Counted from the stretch's first letter, positions 35,115 to 45,178 are shown. The stretch: 51,104 bases of DNA from an uncultured Verrucomicrobia subdivision 3 bacterium (GCA_903833055.1 CAILDU010000188.1:1-51104), one strand, 5' to 3'. The notes: generated by a model from the sequence alone, not told the origin. Numbers and translations are program-made.

Positions 35115-37052
35115 TTATTTCGCCTTATTACAAGCGACGCGTTGCTTTTCCTTTTCCGGATCGAACTTGTCGATTTGAACCGGAATCACAAACGGATTCG
35201 ATAGCGTCTTCACCCGCGCAAAACCCACGTCCTGCGAACGGATCAGCGATTCTGAAAAATCACCGAAGTCGTAATACTTTGCCAACTCGGCGATTTCGAT
35301 TTGGTTGTTCAAGTGCGAGACCAGGATGTTTTCCGTGTTCGCCAAAATATTCGGATGAATGCTCGAAACTTCCTGCGTGGCGTAAACAATCGCGATGCGC
35401 CCCTTCGCGCCTTCCTTCGCAATCGTCGGCCAAATTTCCGTAAGCGCTTCGGTCCGGCCAATCAAATTGTGCGCTTCCTCGACATAAACCACGATGTGTG
35501 GCGGATGTTGTCCGGCATTGAAGCTCGCCATCGAACTGCGAAAAATATGGCGCGCAATCCGCTTGCTCAAACGCTCACGTTGCACCGGGTCGCCCACGGA
35601 CAAATCGAGAATGACAATTTTCCCGTTCACCAGATGATTGTAAATTTCGTCGCAAACATCCGTGCTGCGGTTCGGCGCGTGATAATCCTTGAACGGCTGC
35701 AACAACCGGTAACCGGGAATGTAACCGCCCTGATCATTTTTCTGAAGCAGCAGATTGATGAGCACATTCGTGTCCGGCTCAATCCACGATTGACCTTTGC
35801 CAGTAATGAGTTCGTCCTGAATCTGCCGCACGAGATTGAACCATTCAAAAGCCTGCGTCGCCGTCAGTCCGTCTGCCGGATTCACTGACGGATTTACTTT
35901 ATTGCGAACGGCGGGATTGACCTCGAACGTGATTTTGAAATTCGGCGGCGGCTCGTAACCCGCGCGCGCCAGCATCGCCTGATACGCACCGAGCTTGAGT
36001 TGAAACATCGCCGTCTGCCGCTGAAATTCGTAGTCGCTGCCGCAATTCTCCTTATTTGGCGGCACAAAATCCATCGTCAAGAAAGCTTCCATGTCCGCCG
36101 AGCGCGGAATTTTGCTCGCCTCCAACAGCCCGCGCAAGGTGCTGTGCCCTTCGGAAATCTGCTGGAAGAAATTATTCAGAATCAGTTCAAAACCCGGCGT
36201 CGGCATCATGCGGTAACGCACCGTGTCACCGGGAAAAACTTCAGCGATGGAACCTTTGTCCTGCTGGTTCGCGTTCGCGTATTCGCCGTTCAAATCGTAA
36301 ATGATCTGACCGATTTTCAGTTTAAAATCATCGCTCGTGTGTTTCACCACCGAGACCAATTTTTTCACCGTGTTTGATTTACCCGTGCGCGTCATGCCGA
36401 ATACCGCCGTGCGGCGCGCGAGAAAATCTACCGCATTCAAATTAAAAACTGCCCGCTCTGCGTGCGCGCCGCGATGCAATCTTTCGGTCGAGGCGTAACG
36501 CACCGTGCCGATGGGGAAATGCGGCAACTCGCCTTTCAAACCAAGCCGTCGCGCTTCTTCTTCCGCCGCCGCGATGCGCGCCGGACTTAAATAATTTACA
36601 ATCGCCTCCAGCGCCGCGCCGTCGGGACGATAAACCGCCAGACCCGCCGCCTGCGCGAAATTTTCCACATCGCTACCCAGCCGCAATTTTCCATCCGCCA
36701 AATAAAATGTCCCCAGCACGCGGCATTGCAACAGGCCAAATTGAAATTCTTCCACCGTCAATTCACCGCCGGATGCGGGCGCGCGGCTCTTGAGTTTTTC
36801 CAACTTGGCTTGCAGCTCCGCATCCGTTGGCGCTTCAGCAGAACCGGTCACGCGCAGCAGTAAAATTTCTTCCGCCGAGGCCGCCAGCAAAAAACAATTG
36901 TGCGGCACGCCACGCGCCTGGGCTTTCCAGACATCGCTCGTCAGCACCAGCGCGCTCGTAAAATCCGCCGCGCCGAGCCAGCCGACGAATTGATTTTTCT
37001 GAACGAGCCGCGCCAGCGGATCCGACGACGAAGTTTGAGCGGTGTTGGACAT
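35115..37052 (-). CDS. HerA/FtsK-superfamily ATPase (DUF87) with N-terminal HAS-barrel-like region
   Basis: Walker A GMTRTGKS, IIYDLNGEY, Walker B VYVEEAH, AKEGAK, YATQ; ATG 37052. Confidence 0.88.
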   Translation of the reverse strand: MSNTAQTSSSDPLARLVQKNQFVGWLGAADFTSALVLTSDVWKAQARGVPHNCFLLAASAEEILLLRVTGSAEAPTDAELQAKLEKLKSRAPASGGELTVEEFQFGLLQCRVLGTFYLADGKLRLGSDVENFAQAAGLAVYRPDGAALEAIVNYLSPARIAAAEEEARRLGLKGELPHFPIGTVRYASTERLHRGAHAERAVFNLNAVDFLARRTAVFGMTRTGKSNTVKKLVSVVKHTSDDFKLKIGQIIYDLNGEYANANQQDKGSIAEVFPGDTVRYRMMPTPGFELILNNFFQQISEGHSTLRGLLEASKIPRSADMEAFLTMDFVPPNKENCGSDYEFQRQTAMFQLKLGAYQAMLARAGYEPPPNFKITFEVNPAVRNKVNPSVNPADGLTATQAFEWFNLVRQIQDELITGKGQSWIEPDTNVLINLLLQKNDQGGYIPGYRLLQPFKDYHAPNRSTDVCDEIYNHLVNGKIVILDLSVGDPVQRERLSKRIARHIFRSSMASFNAGQHPPHIVVYVEEAHNLIGRTEALTEIWPTIAKEGAKGRIAIVYATQEVSSIHPNILANTENILVSHLNNQIEIAELAKYYDFGDFSESLIRSQDVGFARVKTLSNPFVIPVQIDKFDPEKEKQRVACNKAK

Positions 37053-37175
37053 GAAAATTTTTCCGGCAACAATTTGAACAGAAAAAGTGCCGTGCCGAGA
37101 GCTTGCCGCCAAGTGCGTCGAATTTCAAAAGAATTATTTAGGAACCGCCGCTCAAAACGAGGGCGAAGCCGAGGA

Positions 37176-37325
37176 CCCGGCATTAAAATGCCGGGCTATT
37201 ATCGGTCGTCGCTCTGCGACAAAAATCCGTAATTCAATCCGTGTTTCAACCGCCGTGCTCGCGCCCGTCGCGGCAGGTCCGTGGCTAAAAATTCCTTCGC
37301 CACCTTCGCGTCCTTCGCGCGACCC
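37176..37325. repeat. Cluster of REP-like palindromes and short repeats
   Basis: CCCGGCATT-AA-AATGCCGGG (37176-37195), GTCGC-TCT-GCGAC (37208-37220), three TCCGT units, (CCTTCGC)x3. Confidence 0.7.
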
Positions 37326-37394
37326 TCCCGAAATTTTTCTGCTCGCGAAATTTTCCCGCTTCGGGTAATTGAAAGCGCAGAAGGAATTGTTTTC

Positions 37395-38240
37395 ATGCTG
37401 GTTTTTCTCAACGGAAAATTTTTGCCCGAGGCGGACGCGTTCGTGCCTTTGAACGACCGCGGTCTGCTGCTCGGCGACGGCCTCTTCGAGACGATGCGCG
37501 TGGCGAACGGCCAACCGTTCCGCTGCGCGCAACATCTGGAGCGGCTCGTGCGCGGCGCAGAGTTTCTGAAAATCAAACTTCCCTCCACGCCCAAAGAAAT
37601 CCAAAAGTTCGCCGAGCAGCTCATCGAAATAAATGAATTGTCCGACGCCATCCTGCGCGTGACGCTCACACGCGGCGCGGGTGCGCGCGGCTATTCCACC
37701 AAAAATTCCGGCGCGCCGACCTTCGCCATGACCTTACATCCATTGCCGATTGTGAATGCGGACGAGCCGTTGCAATGGAGCTTGGTCACTTCATCCTTCC
37801 GCATTCCCGCGAGCGATGCGCTGGCGTCGTTCAAGACGACGAGCAAGCTTTTGAACATCCTCGCGCGCGCCGAGGCGGAGGAACGCGGCGCGGACGAGGC
37901 GCTGTTGCTCAACACGAACGGCGAGGTGGCGGAGACGGCGGGCGGAAATCTTTTTTGGATTTATCAGGACGCGGTCTGCACCGTGCCGACGGGGCGCGGC
38001 GTGTTGCCGGGCATCACACGCGCGGTCGTGCTGGAGATCTGCCAGTCGCTCGGCCTCGCCACGAACAAGCGCATCATCAAGCCGGAACATCTGCGGAATG
38101 CAGCGGGAATTTTCGTGACGAACAGCGCGTTCGGCATCGTGCCGGTCGCCGCGTTTAACGGATTGCCGGTCGCGCCATCGCCGCTCGTGGATCAAATCGC
38201 CAGCGCCTACAACGAAATGCTTTGTAAGGTTCCAAGTTGA
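37395..38240 (+). CDS. Aminotransferase class IV (PabC/IlvE-like)
   Basis: DRGLLLGDGLFETMR, FKTT (PLP lysine), ETAGGNLF, LPGITR, FVTNS. Confidence 0.92.
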   Translation: MLVFLNGKFLPEADAFVPLNDRGLLLGDGLFETMRVANGQPFRCAQHLERLVRGAEFLKIKLPSTPKEIQKFAEQLIEINELSDAILRVTLTRGAGARGYSTKNSGAPTFAMTLHPLPIVNADEPLQWSLVTSSFRIPASDALASFKTTSKLLNILARAEAEERGADEALLLNTNGEVAETAGGNLFWIYQDAVCTVPTGRGVLPGITRAVVLEICQSLGLATNKRIIKPEHLRNAAGIFVTNSAFGIVPVAAFNGLPVAPSPLVDQIASAYNEMLCKVPS

Positions 38241-38309
38241 AAGTTACGGGTTGGGAGCTTTTAGCGCGCAGTTGAAAAACTTGCAACTTACAACCTGAAA
38301 CTTGAAACT
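38229..38309. repeat. Degenerate inverted heptamer array
   Basis: TCCAAGT TGAAAGT TACGGGT ... AACTTGC AACTTAC AACCTGA AACTTGA AACT; contains the stop codon of the upstream gene. Confidence 0.65.
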
Positions 38310-38315
38310 AATTTC

Positions 38316-39419
38316 GTGCCGCTGCTGCAAAAAATGCCAACCAAACGCCGGAACCGCTTCGGCGATTTTTTTGCCGTGCTGTTGCTGCTGGCAATTATCG
38401 TTGGCCTCGGCTGGTTGTGGTGGCACGAAAAACATCCACGCAAAGTTTCAAAATTAAAATCTTCGCCGATAACTCAAGCTGTCGCGCAAGCGGTGGCGCA
38501 ATCAGCGGCTCCGCCAAAATTAAAACCCATCGTCATCGCGCCGCAGTCGCCGACGGAATTTCCACGGCCAGTTAAAAACGCATTTGAGGCGCAGGTCGCG
38601 CTCGCGCGCCGGGCGATTTCTTCGGGTTCGATTGATGCCGCCATCGGCTCGCAAACGCGCGCGGCCATCGCGGCGTTTCAGCGTTCGAAAAATTTATTCG
38701 AAAGCAGTTCGCTCGACACCAACACGCGCCCGCTGCTCACGCTCGACGCACCGTTATTGACGAATTACATCGTCACGACGAATGACCTCGCGCGCCTGCA
38801 ACCCATCGGCAAAACGTGGCTCGCCAAGTCGGAACAATCCGCGCTGGATTACGAAACGCTTTTGGAAGAGATCGCGGAAAAGGCGCATTCGTATCCGCTG
38901 CTGATTGAAAAATTAAATCCCGGTGTGATTTGGACAAATGTCATTGCGGGAACGATTTTGAAAATTACGGATGTAAATTATCCCGAGCCGACGGGAAAAG
39001 CGGCGTTTGTCATCATCCATTTGTCGGAAAAATTTCTGGAGGCGTTTGATGCGGACACAAATTTGCTCGCGCATTTTCCGTGCAGCATCGCGGCGAAAGT
39101 CGAGAAGCGTCTAGTCGGCGAATTGCACGTCATCGTCGTTGCGCCACATCCGAACTACACTTTTGATCCCGCCGTTTTTCCCGAATCGCCCGAAGCGCAG
39201 GCCATTGGCCATAAATTGATTTTGCCGCCCGGCCCGAATAATCCCGTCGGTGTCGCGTGGATTGGTTTGGACAAACCGGGTTATGGAATGCACGGCACGC
39301 CCGTGCCAGAACAAGTCGGGCGCACGGAATCGCACGGCTGTTTCCGGCTCGCGAATTGGGACGCGGAATACATGGTCAAACTGGTTTGGGTCGGCATGCC
39401 GGTGGAAGTCGTGCCGTAA
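38316..39419 (+). CDS. L,D-transpeptidase (YkuD) with peptidoglycan-binding domain
   Basis: N-terminal TM, IDAAIGSQTRAAIAAFQ, PPGPNNPVG, YGMHGT...SHGCFRL. Confidence 0.92.
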   Translation: MPLLQKMPTKRRNRFGDFFAVLLLLAIIVGLGWLWWHEKHPRKVSKLKSSPITQAVAQAVAQSAAPPKLKPIVIAPQSPTEFPRPVKNAFEAQVALARRAISSGSIDAAIGSQTRAAIAAFQRSKNLFESSSLDTNTRPLLTLDAPLLTNYIVTTNDLARLQPIGKTWLAKSEQSALDYETLLEEIAEKAHSYPLLIEKLNPGVIWTNVIAGTILKITDVNYPEPTGKAAFVIIHLSEKFLEAFDADTNLLAHFPCSIAAKVEKRLVGELHVIVVAPHPNYTFDPAVFPESPEAQAIGHKLILPPGPNNPVGVAWIGLDKPGYGMHGTPVPEQVGRTESHGCFRLANWDAEYMVKLVWVGMPVEVVP

Positions 39420-39504
39420 AGCGATTCCACTTTTTGAACGAAATTATCATTGCCCGCCGGCGTGATTCGGTAAAACTGTCAGTGAACTTAAACAAAGGAA
39501 AATT

Positions 39505-40146
39505 ATGACAACTGGAATTATTTTGGCGGAACCTTCAACTCTTGCACTCGGCGCACTGGCTTTGATTGGCGGATTGATTGTCGTGGCTATCATCTTTGGC
39601 TTTTTCGTCATCGGTGTTTACAACAAGCTAGTCACGCTGCGCAACCGCTTCAAAAATGCCTACGCGCAGATTGACGTGCAACTCAAACGCCGTTACGACC
39701 TCATCCCAAATCTCGTCGAGACCGCAAAGGGTTATATGGCGCACGAACGCAACACGCTCGAAGCCGTCATCGCCGCGCGCAACGTTGCTTATGCCGCGTC
39801 CAAAGGTGCGGCAAGCAATCCCGGCGACGCCAGCGCGATGAAGAGTTTGGTTTCCGCTGAAAGCGGACTCGGCGGTGCGTTGAGCCGTTTGATGGTCGTG
39901 AGCGAACAGTATCCCGACCTGAAGGCGAATCAAAACATGATGCAGCTCACGGAAGAACTGACCTCGACGGAAAATAAAATCTCCTTCGCGCGCCAGGCTT
40001 ACAACGATTCCGTGATGACCTACAACACCGACCGCGAAGTGTTTCCGAGCAATCTCATCGCGAACACGTTCAACTTTGCGGCGGCGGAATTGTTCGTCGT
40101 GGACAAACCGGAGCAGAAAGATGCGCCGAAAGTTTCGTTCTCGTAA
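39505..40146 (+). CDS. lemA: LemA family protein
   Basis: YNKLV, QIDVQLKRRYDLIPNLVET, YPDLKAN, ENKISFARQAYND. Confidence 0.95.
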   Translation: MTTGIILAEPSTLALGALALIGGLIVVAIIFGFFVIGVYNKLVTLRNRFKNAYAQIDVQLKRRYDLIPNLVETAKGYMAHERNTLEAVIAARNVAYAASKGAASNPGDASAMKSLVSAESGLGGALSRLMVVSEQYPDLKANQNMMQLTEELTSTENKISFARQAYNDSVMTYNTDREVFPSNLIANTFNFAAAELFVVDKPEQKDAPKVSFS

Positions 40147-40179
40147 AAAATTTCCAAACTTGAAGTAAGCAATCCGCAA

Positions 40180-40611
40180 ATGGAAACTGGCGTAGCCATA
40201 ATCTTCTCGCTTGCGGGTTTGACGCTCATCTTTTTTGGGATTTTGTGTATTCGCAATGCGTGTGTCAAAATTCGCACTTGGAAGACGGTTTCTGGCATCG
40301 TTGTTGGATATAAGGAATATAACAATCAGCAAGCGAATCGCTCTACAACATCTTTTTGCCCTCAAGTGCAATTTTCAACGGACGATGGTAAAGTGATTGA
40401 TTTCACTTCATCCAGTGGTTCAAACAGAAGACCCTACCCCATTGGTGCTGCAATAAAAGTATTACATAACCCAGATGATCCGACCAAAGCCGTCATCAAA
40501 TCCATTTCAAATCTGTTTCTACCGGCGTTTTTTCTGCTTTTATTTGGGACGGCCTTTGCCGGAATGTTTTTAAGTATTTTATTTTTCGGGCCACACAAGA
40601 TTAAGTTTTAA
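40180..40611 (+). CDS. DUF3592-like membrane protein
   Basis: N- and C-terminal TM helices, W..V.G.V, P.VQF...G, IKVLHNPDDP; visibly AT-richer than its neighbours. Confidence 0.78.
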   Translation: METGVAIIFSLAGLTLIFFGILCIRNACVKIRTWKTVSGIVVGYKEYNNQQANRSTTSFCPQVQFSTDDGKVIDFTSSSGSNRRPYPIGAAIKVLHNPDDPTKAVIKSISNLFLPAFFLLLFGTAFAGMFLSILFFGPHKIKF

Positions 40612-40615
40612 CTGT

Positions 40616-42598
40616 ATGGACTTTTTTGCGCGCCAAGAACAAGCCCGCCGCAATACCAAGTGGCTGGTGCTTTATTTCATCGTCGCCGTCGTGCTGCTCA
40701 TCGTGGCGATTTATTTTATTTCGCTGGTGGTTTTTGCGGGCGTTCAGGCCAAGACGCATCATGGCAATTACAATTACAGCGACGCGCCCGTCCAATTCGT
40801 TTTGTGGAATCCAGAAATTTTTCTCGCCTCGACGCTCGGCGTGCTCGCGGTGATTTTTCTCGGCAGTGCTTACAAGACGAATGAACTTGCCGCCGGCGGC
40901 AGTGCGGTGGCGACGTTGATGGGCGGTCGGCTCGTGAATCAAAACACCACCGACCTGAACGAACGCAAGCTGCTCAACGTCGTCGAGGAAATGTCCATCG
41001 CCGCCGGCGTGCCGATGCCGCAGGTTTACGTTTTGGAAAATGAGCGCGGCATTAACGCCTTTGCCGCCGGCCACACGACCGGCGACGCCGCCATCGGCGT
41101 GACGCGCGGCTGCATCGAGATGCTCACGCGCGACGAATTGCAGGGCGTCATCGGCCACGAGTTCAGCCACATTTTGAACGGCGACATGAAGCTGAATCTG
41201 CGGCTCATCGGAATTATTTTTGGACTGCTCTGCCTCGCGACGATTGGAAGAATTTTGCTTTATGCCCGCAGCAGCAATAGCCGCGATAAAAACCTACTGC
41301 CAATTCTCGGTATTGCGCTTATCGTCCTTGGTGCCATTGGTGTTTTCTTCGGTCGCCTAATCCAGGCCGCCGTCAGCCGCCAGCGTGAATTTCTCGCCGA
41401 CGCGTCTTCGGTTCAGTTCACGCGCAATCCGAATGGACTTTCCGGCGCGCTCCAAAAAATTGGCCGTTACGGTTTCGGTTCAAAACTGGAATCCGAGCAC
41501 GCGCCGGACATGTGCCACATGTTTTTCGGCAATGGCCTCGGCGATGCGCTCTTCGGCTCGATGGCCACGCATCCGCCGATTCCCGATCGCATCCACGCGA
41601 TTGATCCGGCGTGGGACGGAAAATTTCCGCCGCTGAAAGAAGAACAAATTGAAACGGTCAAACGCGCCGCCGTTTCCGAACTGCAACGCAATCGCCCGCC
41701 AATGCCGCAAAATCTGGGAACAATTCTTGGCGGAACAATTATCACTGGCGATGCCGGTCGTCCGCCGGTCATCCGCACGAATTCCGTTTTGCCAAATCTC
41801 GGCAATCCCACGCCGCTGCATTTGAAATACGCCGAGCAATTGCGCGACGCGCTGCCAGAAAATCTTAAAGCCGCCGAGCGCCAACCGCTTGATTCTACTG
41901 CTTTAATTTACGCATTGCTTTTGAGTGCTGATGAAAAACTGCGCGCGCAACAGCTTACGGAAATTGCAAAGCGCGTTTCCAATTCTATTTCTGAAAAAAC
42001 CGCCGCGCTGTTTCCTGATGTTTTTTCCGTGGCGAAACACGCGCGCTTGCCGTTGGTAAATCTCGCTCTTGGCGCGCTGCGAAATTTGACAGCGGACGAG
42101 TTCAAGCAATTCGCCGACACGCTGGAATGGCTTGCTGGCAGCGATGGAAAAATCGAGCTGTTTGAATTCGTCCTGCAAAAAATTATTCTCCGCCATCTCG
42201 CGTCGAAGTTTGGCGATGCGCCGCCGACAGCAGTTCAATTTTACACACTTAAACCGCTCGTGCCAGATTGCGCCGTGATTTTGTCTGCGCTGGCGAATGT
42301 CGGCAGTAATGACGCGGGTGAAATTCAAAAAGCCTTCGCCGCCGGTGCGCCGTATTTGCGCGCGCCCGACAATGTGCCGTTGGAATTGTTGTCGCCGGAA
42401 AACTGCGGCGTGGAGCAACTTGACGCCGCGCTGAACCGCCTCGCGCAAGCCGTGCCAATCATCAAAAAGAATTTAATCGAAGCTGCCGCGCGCGTCGTCG
42501 GTGCGGATGGCGTGATTCTGGAAGCGGAAGCCGAACTACTCCGCGCCATCGCCGACACGCTGGATTGTCCGATGCCGCCGCTCGGCGCAACTGAATAA
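40616..42598 (+). CDS. M48 (HtpX-like) membrane zinc metalloprotease with C-terminal extension
   Basis: INAFAAG, LTRDELQGVIGHEFSH, SRQREFLADA, ATHPP. Confidence 0.93.
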   Translation: MDFFARQEQARRNTKWLVLYFIVAVVLLIVAIYFISLVVFAGVQAKTHHGNYNYSDAPVQFVLWNPEIFLASTLGVLAVIFLGSAYKTNELAAGGSAVATLMGGRLVNQNTTDLNERKLLNVVEEMSIAAGVPMPQVYVLENERGINAFAAGHTTGDAAIGVTRGCIEMLTRDELQGVIGHEFSHILNGDMKLNLRLIGIIFGLLCLATIGRILLYARSSNSRDKNLLPILGIALIVLGAIGVFFGRLIQAAVSRQREFLADASSVQFTRNPNGLSGALQKIGRYGFGSKLESEHAPDMCHMFFGNGLGDALFGSMATHPPIPDRIHAIDPAWDGKFPPLKEEQIETVKRAAVSELQRNRPPMPQNLGTILGGTIITGDAGRPPVIRTNSVLPNLGNPTPLHLKYAEQLRDALPENLKAAERQPLDSTALIYALLLSADEKLRAQQLTEIAKRVSNSISEKTAALFPDVFSVAKHARLPLVNLALGALRNLTADEFKQFADTLEWLAGSDGKIELFEFVLQKIILRHLASKFGDAPPTAVQFYTLKPLVPDCAVILSALANVGSNDAGEIQKAFAAGAPYLRAPDNVPLELLSPENCGVEQLDAALNRLAQAVPIIKKNLIEAAARVVGADGVILEAEAELLRAIADTLDCPMPPLGATE

Positions 42599-42601
42599 TT
42601 T

Positions 42602-45049
42602 TTACGCGCGCAGTTCCACTTTCAACTGCGCCTTCAACGTCTCTAAAACTTTTTCATGCGCGGAATTTACGTCTGCGTCCGTCAAAGTTTTGTCTGTCGC
42701 GCGATAAGTGAAGGCGTAGGCCAAACTCTTTTGTCCTTCCGGCACGCCTTTGCCGCGAAACACGTCGAACAGTTCCATCGTTTCCAAGTTTGCCGCCTTC
42801 GCTTGCTTCACGCTTTGCAAAACGGCCTCGTGCGTCACGGTTTCCGGCACGAGCATCGCCACATCGCGGCGGCTGGAAGGAAATTGCGGCAACGCCTTGA
42901 ATGACTTGCTGGCATTGCGTTTTGACAACAGCAAATCCAGATTAAACTCCGCGAGAAAAACCGCGTCGCGCAAATCGAATTTCTTCGCGAGCGTCGGGAG
43001 CAATTGGCCAAGTTCGCCGAGCGGCAATTTGCCGCCGAGCGTCACCGCTGCGGATTCAAGAAACAGCGCGGTGCTTTCGGCGCGTTTGCCGAACATCACG
43101 CCACGCAGACCGAATTGCTCAATGAATTCTTCGACCAAGCCTTTTAAATCGTAGGCGTCAAACTTCGCATCGCGTTCATCGCCGCTCCAAAAATTCAACG
43201 CACGCTGGCCGGTGATGGCGATGGCGACGTTGCGGTTTTCTTTGGTCTGGCCGTCGGCATTGATGAACACGCGGCCAATTTCGAACAACGCCACTTCATT
43301 ATTTTTCCGCGCAAGATTGTGCCGCAATGAATGAATCAAACCGGGCAACAAACTTGGCCGCAAAACGTCCATGTCCGAACTCAACGGATTTGCCAGCGCA
43401 GCAATTTCGTTTTCGCTCGTGCCGCGAACTTCTGCTTTAGAAATCAGCGTTTGCCCTTGTGCTTCGTTCAAGCCGAGACCGGTCAAAATGCGGCGCGCTT
43501 CGCCAATCTGGTCATAGACGGAATCAAACGCGTTCGTGCCGAGCGCACCGCGCGGCGGCGTGCTGGGAATTTTATCAATGCCGTAAAGTCGGCCGACTTC
43601 TTCAATCAAATCTACTTCGCGCTTCAAATCCACGCGCCAGCTTGGAATCGAAAATGTGGCTTCGCCGGGCGACTGCGTTTTCAATTCCAAACCAAGCTTG
43701 GTGAGAAAAGAAATTTGATCGGAATGCGAAATACCGATGCCAAGCAAATCTTTTGACTTCGCGAAATGCAAAGTAATTTCCTTTTGCTCTTTTGCTTTCG
43801 GATGAACATCCACGACACCTTCCGCGAGTTGGCCACCAGCGGTTTCCAAAATCAATTGCGCCGCGCGCTGGCTTGCCCAATCGCAAATGCCCACGTCCGC
43901 GCCGCGCTCGAAGCGATAACTGGATTCGCTGCGGAGACCGAGCAGCTTGCTCGTGCGGCGAATGTTCACCGGCGAGAAATAGGCGCTCTCGATCAACACA
44001 TCTTTCGTGTCGTTGTTGATTTCCGTGTTCGCGCCGCCCATGACGCCGGCGAGGGCGATGCCTTTTTGTTCGTCGGCAATCAACAGCATTTCATTCGTCA
44101 AAGTGCGTTCCTGATTGTCGAGCGTCTTGAATTTTTCTTTCTCCGTTGCGCGCCGCACGACGATGGTCGGCTTGCCATCCGCATTTTTGGAAATCAAATG
44201 ATAATCAAACGCGTGCAGCGGCTGGCCGGTTTCGAGCATGACGTAATTCGTCACGTCCACGACGTTGCTGATGCTGCGGATGCCGACTTTTTCCAAAGTG
44301 CTTTTCAACCAATCAGGACTTGCGCCAATCTTCACGCCTTTGATGACGCGCGCGGTATAGCGCGGACAAATCTCCGCGTCTTCGATGCGAACGGCGACGA
44401 GGCTTTCAACTTTTTCTCCCGTAGATTGAATTTTTATTTCTGGAATCCGCAGCGCATTGCCCGTCACCGCCGCGATTTCGCGGGCGATGCCGATGACGCT
44501 GTTCAAGTCCGGACGATTCGGCGTGACTTCCAAATCATAAACCACGTCGCTGCCGCTGCGGCCAAGAAATTCGCCAAACGGTTTTCCAACCGTCGCATCG
44601 GCGGGCAAAATTAAAAGTCCGTCCTCTGTTTTCAGTCCAATACTCGCGGGATCAAGTTGCAATTCTTCATGCGAGCAAAGCATTCCGTGTGATTCCACGC
44701 CGCGAATTTTTCCCACTTTAATCGTGAACGGTTCTTTATCGCCGGGCTTCATCGGCAAAGACGCGCCCGGCAAAATTAAAGGCACTTTGTCGCCCGCCTG
44801 AAAATTCTGCGCGCCGCAAACAATCTGGCGTTCGCCATTGCCGTCGTTGACGCGGCAAATCGAAAGCTTATCCGCGCCGGGATGTTTGTCGCGCGTGATG
44901 ACCTGCGCGACGACGATGCCGTCGAACGCGCCGGAAATTTTCTGCACGCCTTCGACTTCGAGGCCGAGCATGGTGAGCCGCTCGGTGAGTTCCTCGGGCG
45001 ACCAGTTGAAATCAACGTATTGTTTGAGCCAGTTTAAGGTGACTTTCAT
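42602..45049 (-). CDS. pheT: Phenylalanine--tRNA ligase beta subunit
   Basis: IVCGAQN, IRGVESHGMLCS, TPNRPD, VVDVTNYVMLETGQPLHAFD, RFERG, FP..RRD, KSLAY. Confidence 0.98.
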   Translation of the reverse strand: MKVTLNWLKQYVDFNWSPEELTERLTMLGLEVEGVQKISGAFDGIVVAQVITRDKHPGADKLSICRVNDGNGERQIVCGAQNFQAGDKVPLILPGASLPMKPGDKEPFTIKVGKIRGVESHGMLCSHEELQLDPASIGLKTEDGLLILPADATVGKPFGEFLGRSGSDVVYDLEVTPNRPDLNSVIGIAREIAAVTGNALRIPEIKIQSTGEKVESLVAVRIEDAEICPRYTARVIKGVKIGASPDWLKSTLEKVGIRSISNVVDVTNYVMLETGQPLHAFDYHLISKNADGKPTIVVRRATEKEKFKTLDNQERTLTNEMLLIADEQKGIALAGVMGGANTEINNDTKDVLIESAYFSPVNIRRTSKLLGLRSESSYRFERGADVGICDWASQRAAQLILETAGGQLAEGVVDVHPKAKEQKEITLHFAKSKDLLGIGISHSDQISFLTKLGLELKTQSPGEATFSIPSWRVDLKREVDLIEEVGRLYGIDKIPSTPPRGALGTNAFDSVYDQIGEARRILTGLGLNEAQGQTLISKAEVRGTSENEIAALANPLSSDMDVLRPSLLPGLIHSLRHNLARKNNEVALFEIGRVFINADGQTKENRNVAIAITGQRALNFWSGDERDAKFDAYDLKGLVEEFIEQFGLRGVMFGKRAESTALFLESAAVTLGGKLPLGELGQLLPTLAKKFDLRDAVFLAEFNLDLLLSKRNASKSFKALPQFPSSRRDVAMLVPETVTHEAVLQSVKQAKAANLETMELFDVFRGKGVPEGQKSLAYAFTYRATDKTLTDADVNSAHEKVLETLKAQLKVELRA

Positions 45050-45178
45050 TGCAAATTATTCCTGCAATGAAACACTAAAACTGCCGCGCTCGAAACCAAA
45101 TTCTTTTTGCCGTTGGAAAAATAATTTCTGCGGCGCGTCGCGCTCGACACTGGGCGTCGCCGTTGTTAGCGTGGCGGC

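Noticed and set aside
40120-40611. Similar C-termini of LemA (PKVSFS) and the DUF3592-like protein (PHKIKF) as a target duplication
   Set aside because: Nucleotide similarity is too weak to distinguish from chance
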